This document shows positions 59,778 through 64,000 of a stretch of DNA of 64,000 nt, in pieces. The translations under genes and the position numbers were made by a program. The first letter of the stretch is position 1, and each line of letters begins with the position of its first letter. The notes under the pieces were generated by a model. It searched no databases and was not told the DNA's origin. It saw nothing but the letters and a program-made list of their open reading frames with translations. The stretch lies in the NCBI RefSeq assembly GCF_009914755.1, contig NC_060931.1; one strand, 5' to 3'. This DNA comes from the human T2T-CHM13v2.0 reference genome, Homo sapiens.

Positions 59778-60502
<725 letters not shown>

Positions 60503-60798
60503 CAGGCTTGTTTTTTAAACAAAGACTTTCTTACCTGTGATTATTAGACCTAAAACCAATATACCTTTATCTTTTCCAAGTTCCCTCTTTCCCCTCCATG
60601 TTACATTTTAAGCATCTATTTTTAGTGATAGCTTTCAACATTGGCCTTTTGAGCCATCGCCCAGTATGCATTACAATTTCCACAAACACTTTTGCCATTT
60701 GATGTCGTAAATTCTTTCAAAATGGTTTTTAGGTAATGATTATGTACATCATTTAAGTTTTTCCGAATAAATGCTGATTATAATTGTTAAATGTTCAT

Positions 60799-62285
<1,487 letters not shown>

Positions 62286-62839
62286 TACATCACGATTTTA
62301 TTATATCTTGACTGTTGATAATTAAAATTTCCTGGGATATAAATAAGGCAATATGAAGTTGCCCTTTCTCAGTATTTTTCTTTGTACTGCCTGTTATTTG
62401 AAAAAGCATTTTCTCCCTCAGGGGAGTTAGGAAAGGTTAGAGAGCTGAGAGAACAGGGTTTCCCTGGGCAGAGGCCGAGTAGGGGAGAGCAGGCAGGGGT
62501 CTGTCAGCAGAGTAGTACTGGGGCCATGCATGAGTGGGGCCTTGGGGGCTCTAGGGTCAGCAGGCAGCACACTGGCATGTTCTCCAGGTAGCAGCAGAAA
62601 CATTAGGGTGTTAGAGGTTTGGGGTCTGCAGGCATATCTGGGGATCAGAACAAGCTAATGGCCAGCATTGGCTGAAGCAAGGCTTTGAGACTCACAGAAT
62701 TGGGCTGTCAGTCAAGCAGGGATCTAAGAGATGGGGCCAGCCAAGCAGAAGTCAAAGGCTGGTGCCAGCATCAAAATCTGCTCTGATGCTCCTTTGGGAG
62801 ACTGATTCTTCAAGTCTCAAATGCTGTTCACACCTGTCT

Positions 62840-63050
62840 CTGGATGCTGTTGGCTACCTGTAAAAGAAAATACATTCAAATGGGCTTAAACTCTGAAGGG
62901 ACCTTAGCAGCTCGTGTGATTGAGTTGCATGCCAGCTCCATATCTTGGACTAGCATCTGAGCCCTATATCCATATGAAGAGAAACCATTTCATCTTGTGT
63001 CTCTTAAGAGCAAGGCAACTTTTCCCAGAACCTCTCGCAACCTTTTTCTC
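62840..63050. mobile_element. Old MLT1-family LTR fragment
   Basis: gatgctgttggctacctgtaaaagaaaatacattcaaatgggcttaaac...aagagcaaggcaacttttcccagaa. Confidence 0.55.
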
Positions 63051-63139
63051 ACATCTCTGTCCCTGGCACAGAGACCTACATAGACGATGCCCGATGAATG
63101 TGGAATGAATGAATGAAGTGCCTCATGTTTTCCAACATA

Positions 63140-63926
<787 letters not shown>

Positions 63927-64000
63927 TAGGTAATGAAACACAAAGGAGACTGAAGAGATGATAATCAGTAAAAGGGCTTGAACTCTGATTGGATCTTTGT

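Noticed and set aside
62380-62800. G-rich stretch resembling a promoter
   Set aside because: Almost no CpG; more likely an old LTR-type remnant that I cannot assign.

Overview
Human genomic DNA: Alu-dense, with a human-specific AluYb8 at 60146-60502. The window holds most of the LUC7L2 gene (U1 snRNP-associated splicing factor) on the + strand. It covers the 3' part of intron 1, coding exons 2-10 (11342-57635), the 3' UTR with tandem poly(A) signals, and about 5 kb of downstream flank. Exon 1 lies upstream of the window. The nine exons have canonical AG/GT boundaries, join in phase and total 1118 nt; with the 61-nt exon-1 CDS I recall, that gives 392 aa. Nearly all ORF-track entries are Alu translations or chance ORFs. 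The most interesting structure is in the Alu-poor intron 1: a battery of 4-5 candidate cassette exons (489-570, 3099-3302, 4407/4459-4531, 6676-6743, 9681-9751) plus candidate alternative last exons with an intronic poly(A) signal. Every cassette introduces a premature stop when spliced between exons 1 and 2. Four of the five use 'right-handed' donors (non-G at -1, G at +5), the class LUC7L2 itself is reported to promote, which suggests a multi-sensor splicing-NMD feedback circuit. Two cassettes (68 and 71 nt) have three possible uses: poison exon, alternative ATG-bearing N-terminus, or in-frame replacement for exon 2. The 71-nt swap would even supply two Cys for a re-spaced zinc finger. Other points are an Alu polarity switch that favours a stop-free 531-nt circRNA (exons 3-6), an intron-9 read-through truncation, a collapsed Alu next to the ZnF2 exon, nested transposons and local duplications. 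Repeat boundaries were read by eye (+/-10-30 nt). No prokaryotic-type systems (CRISPR, operons) are present.
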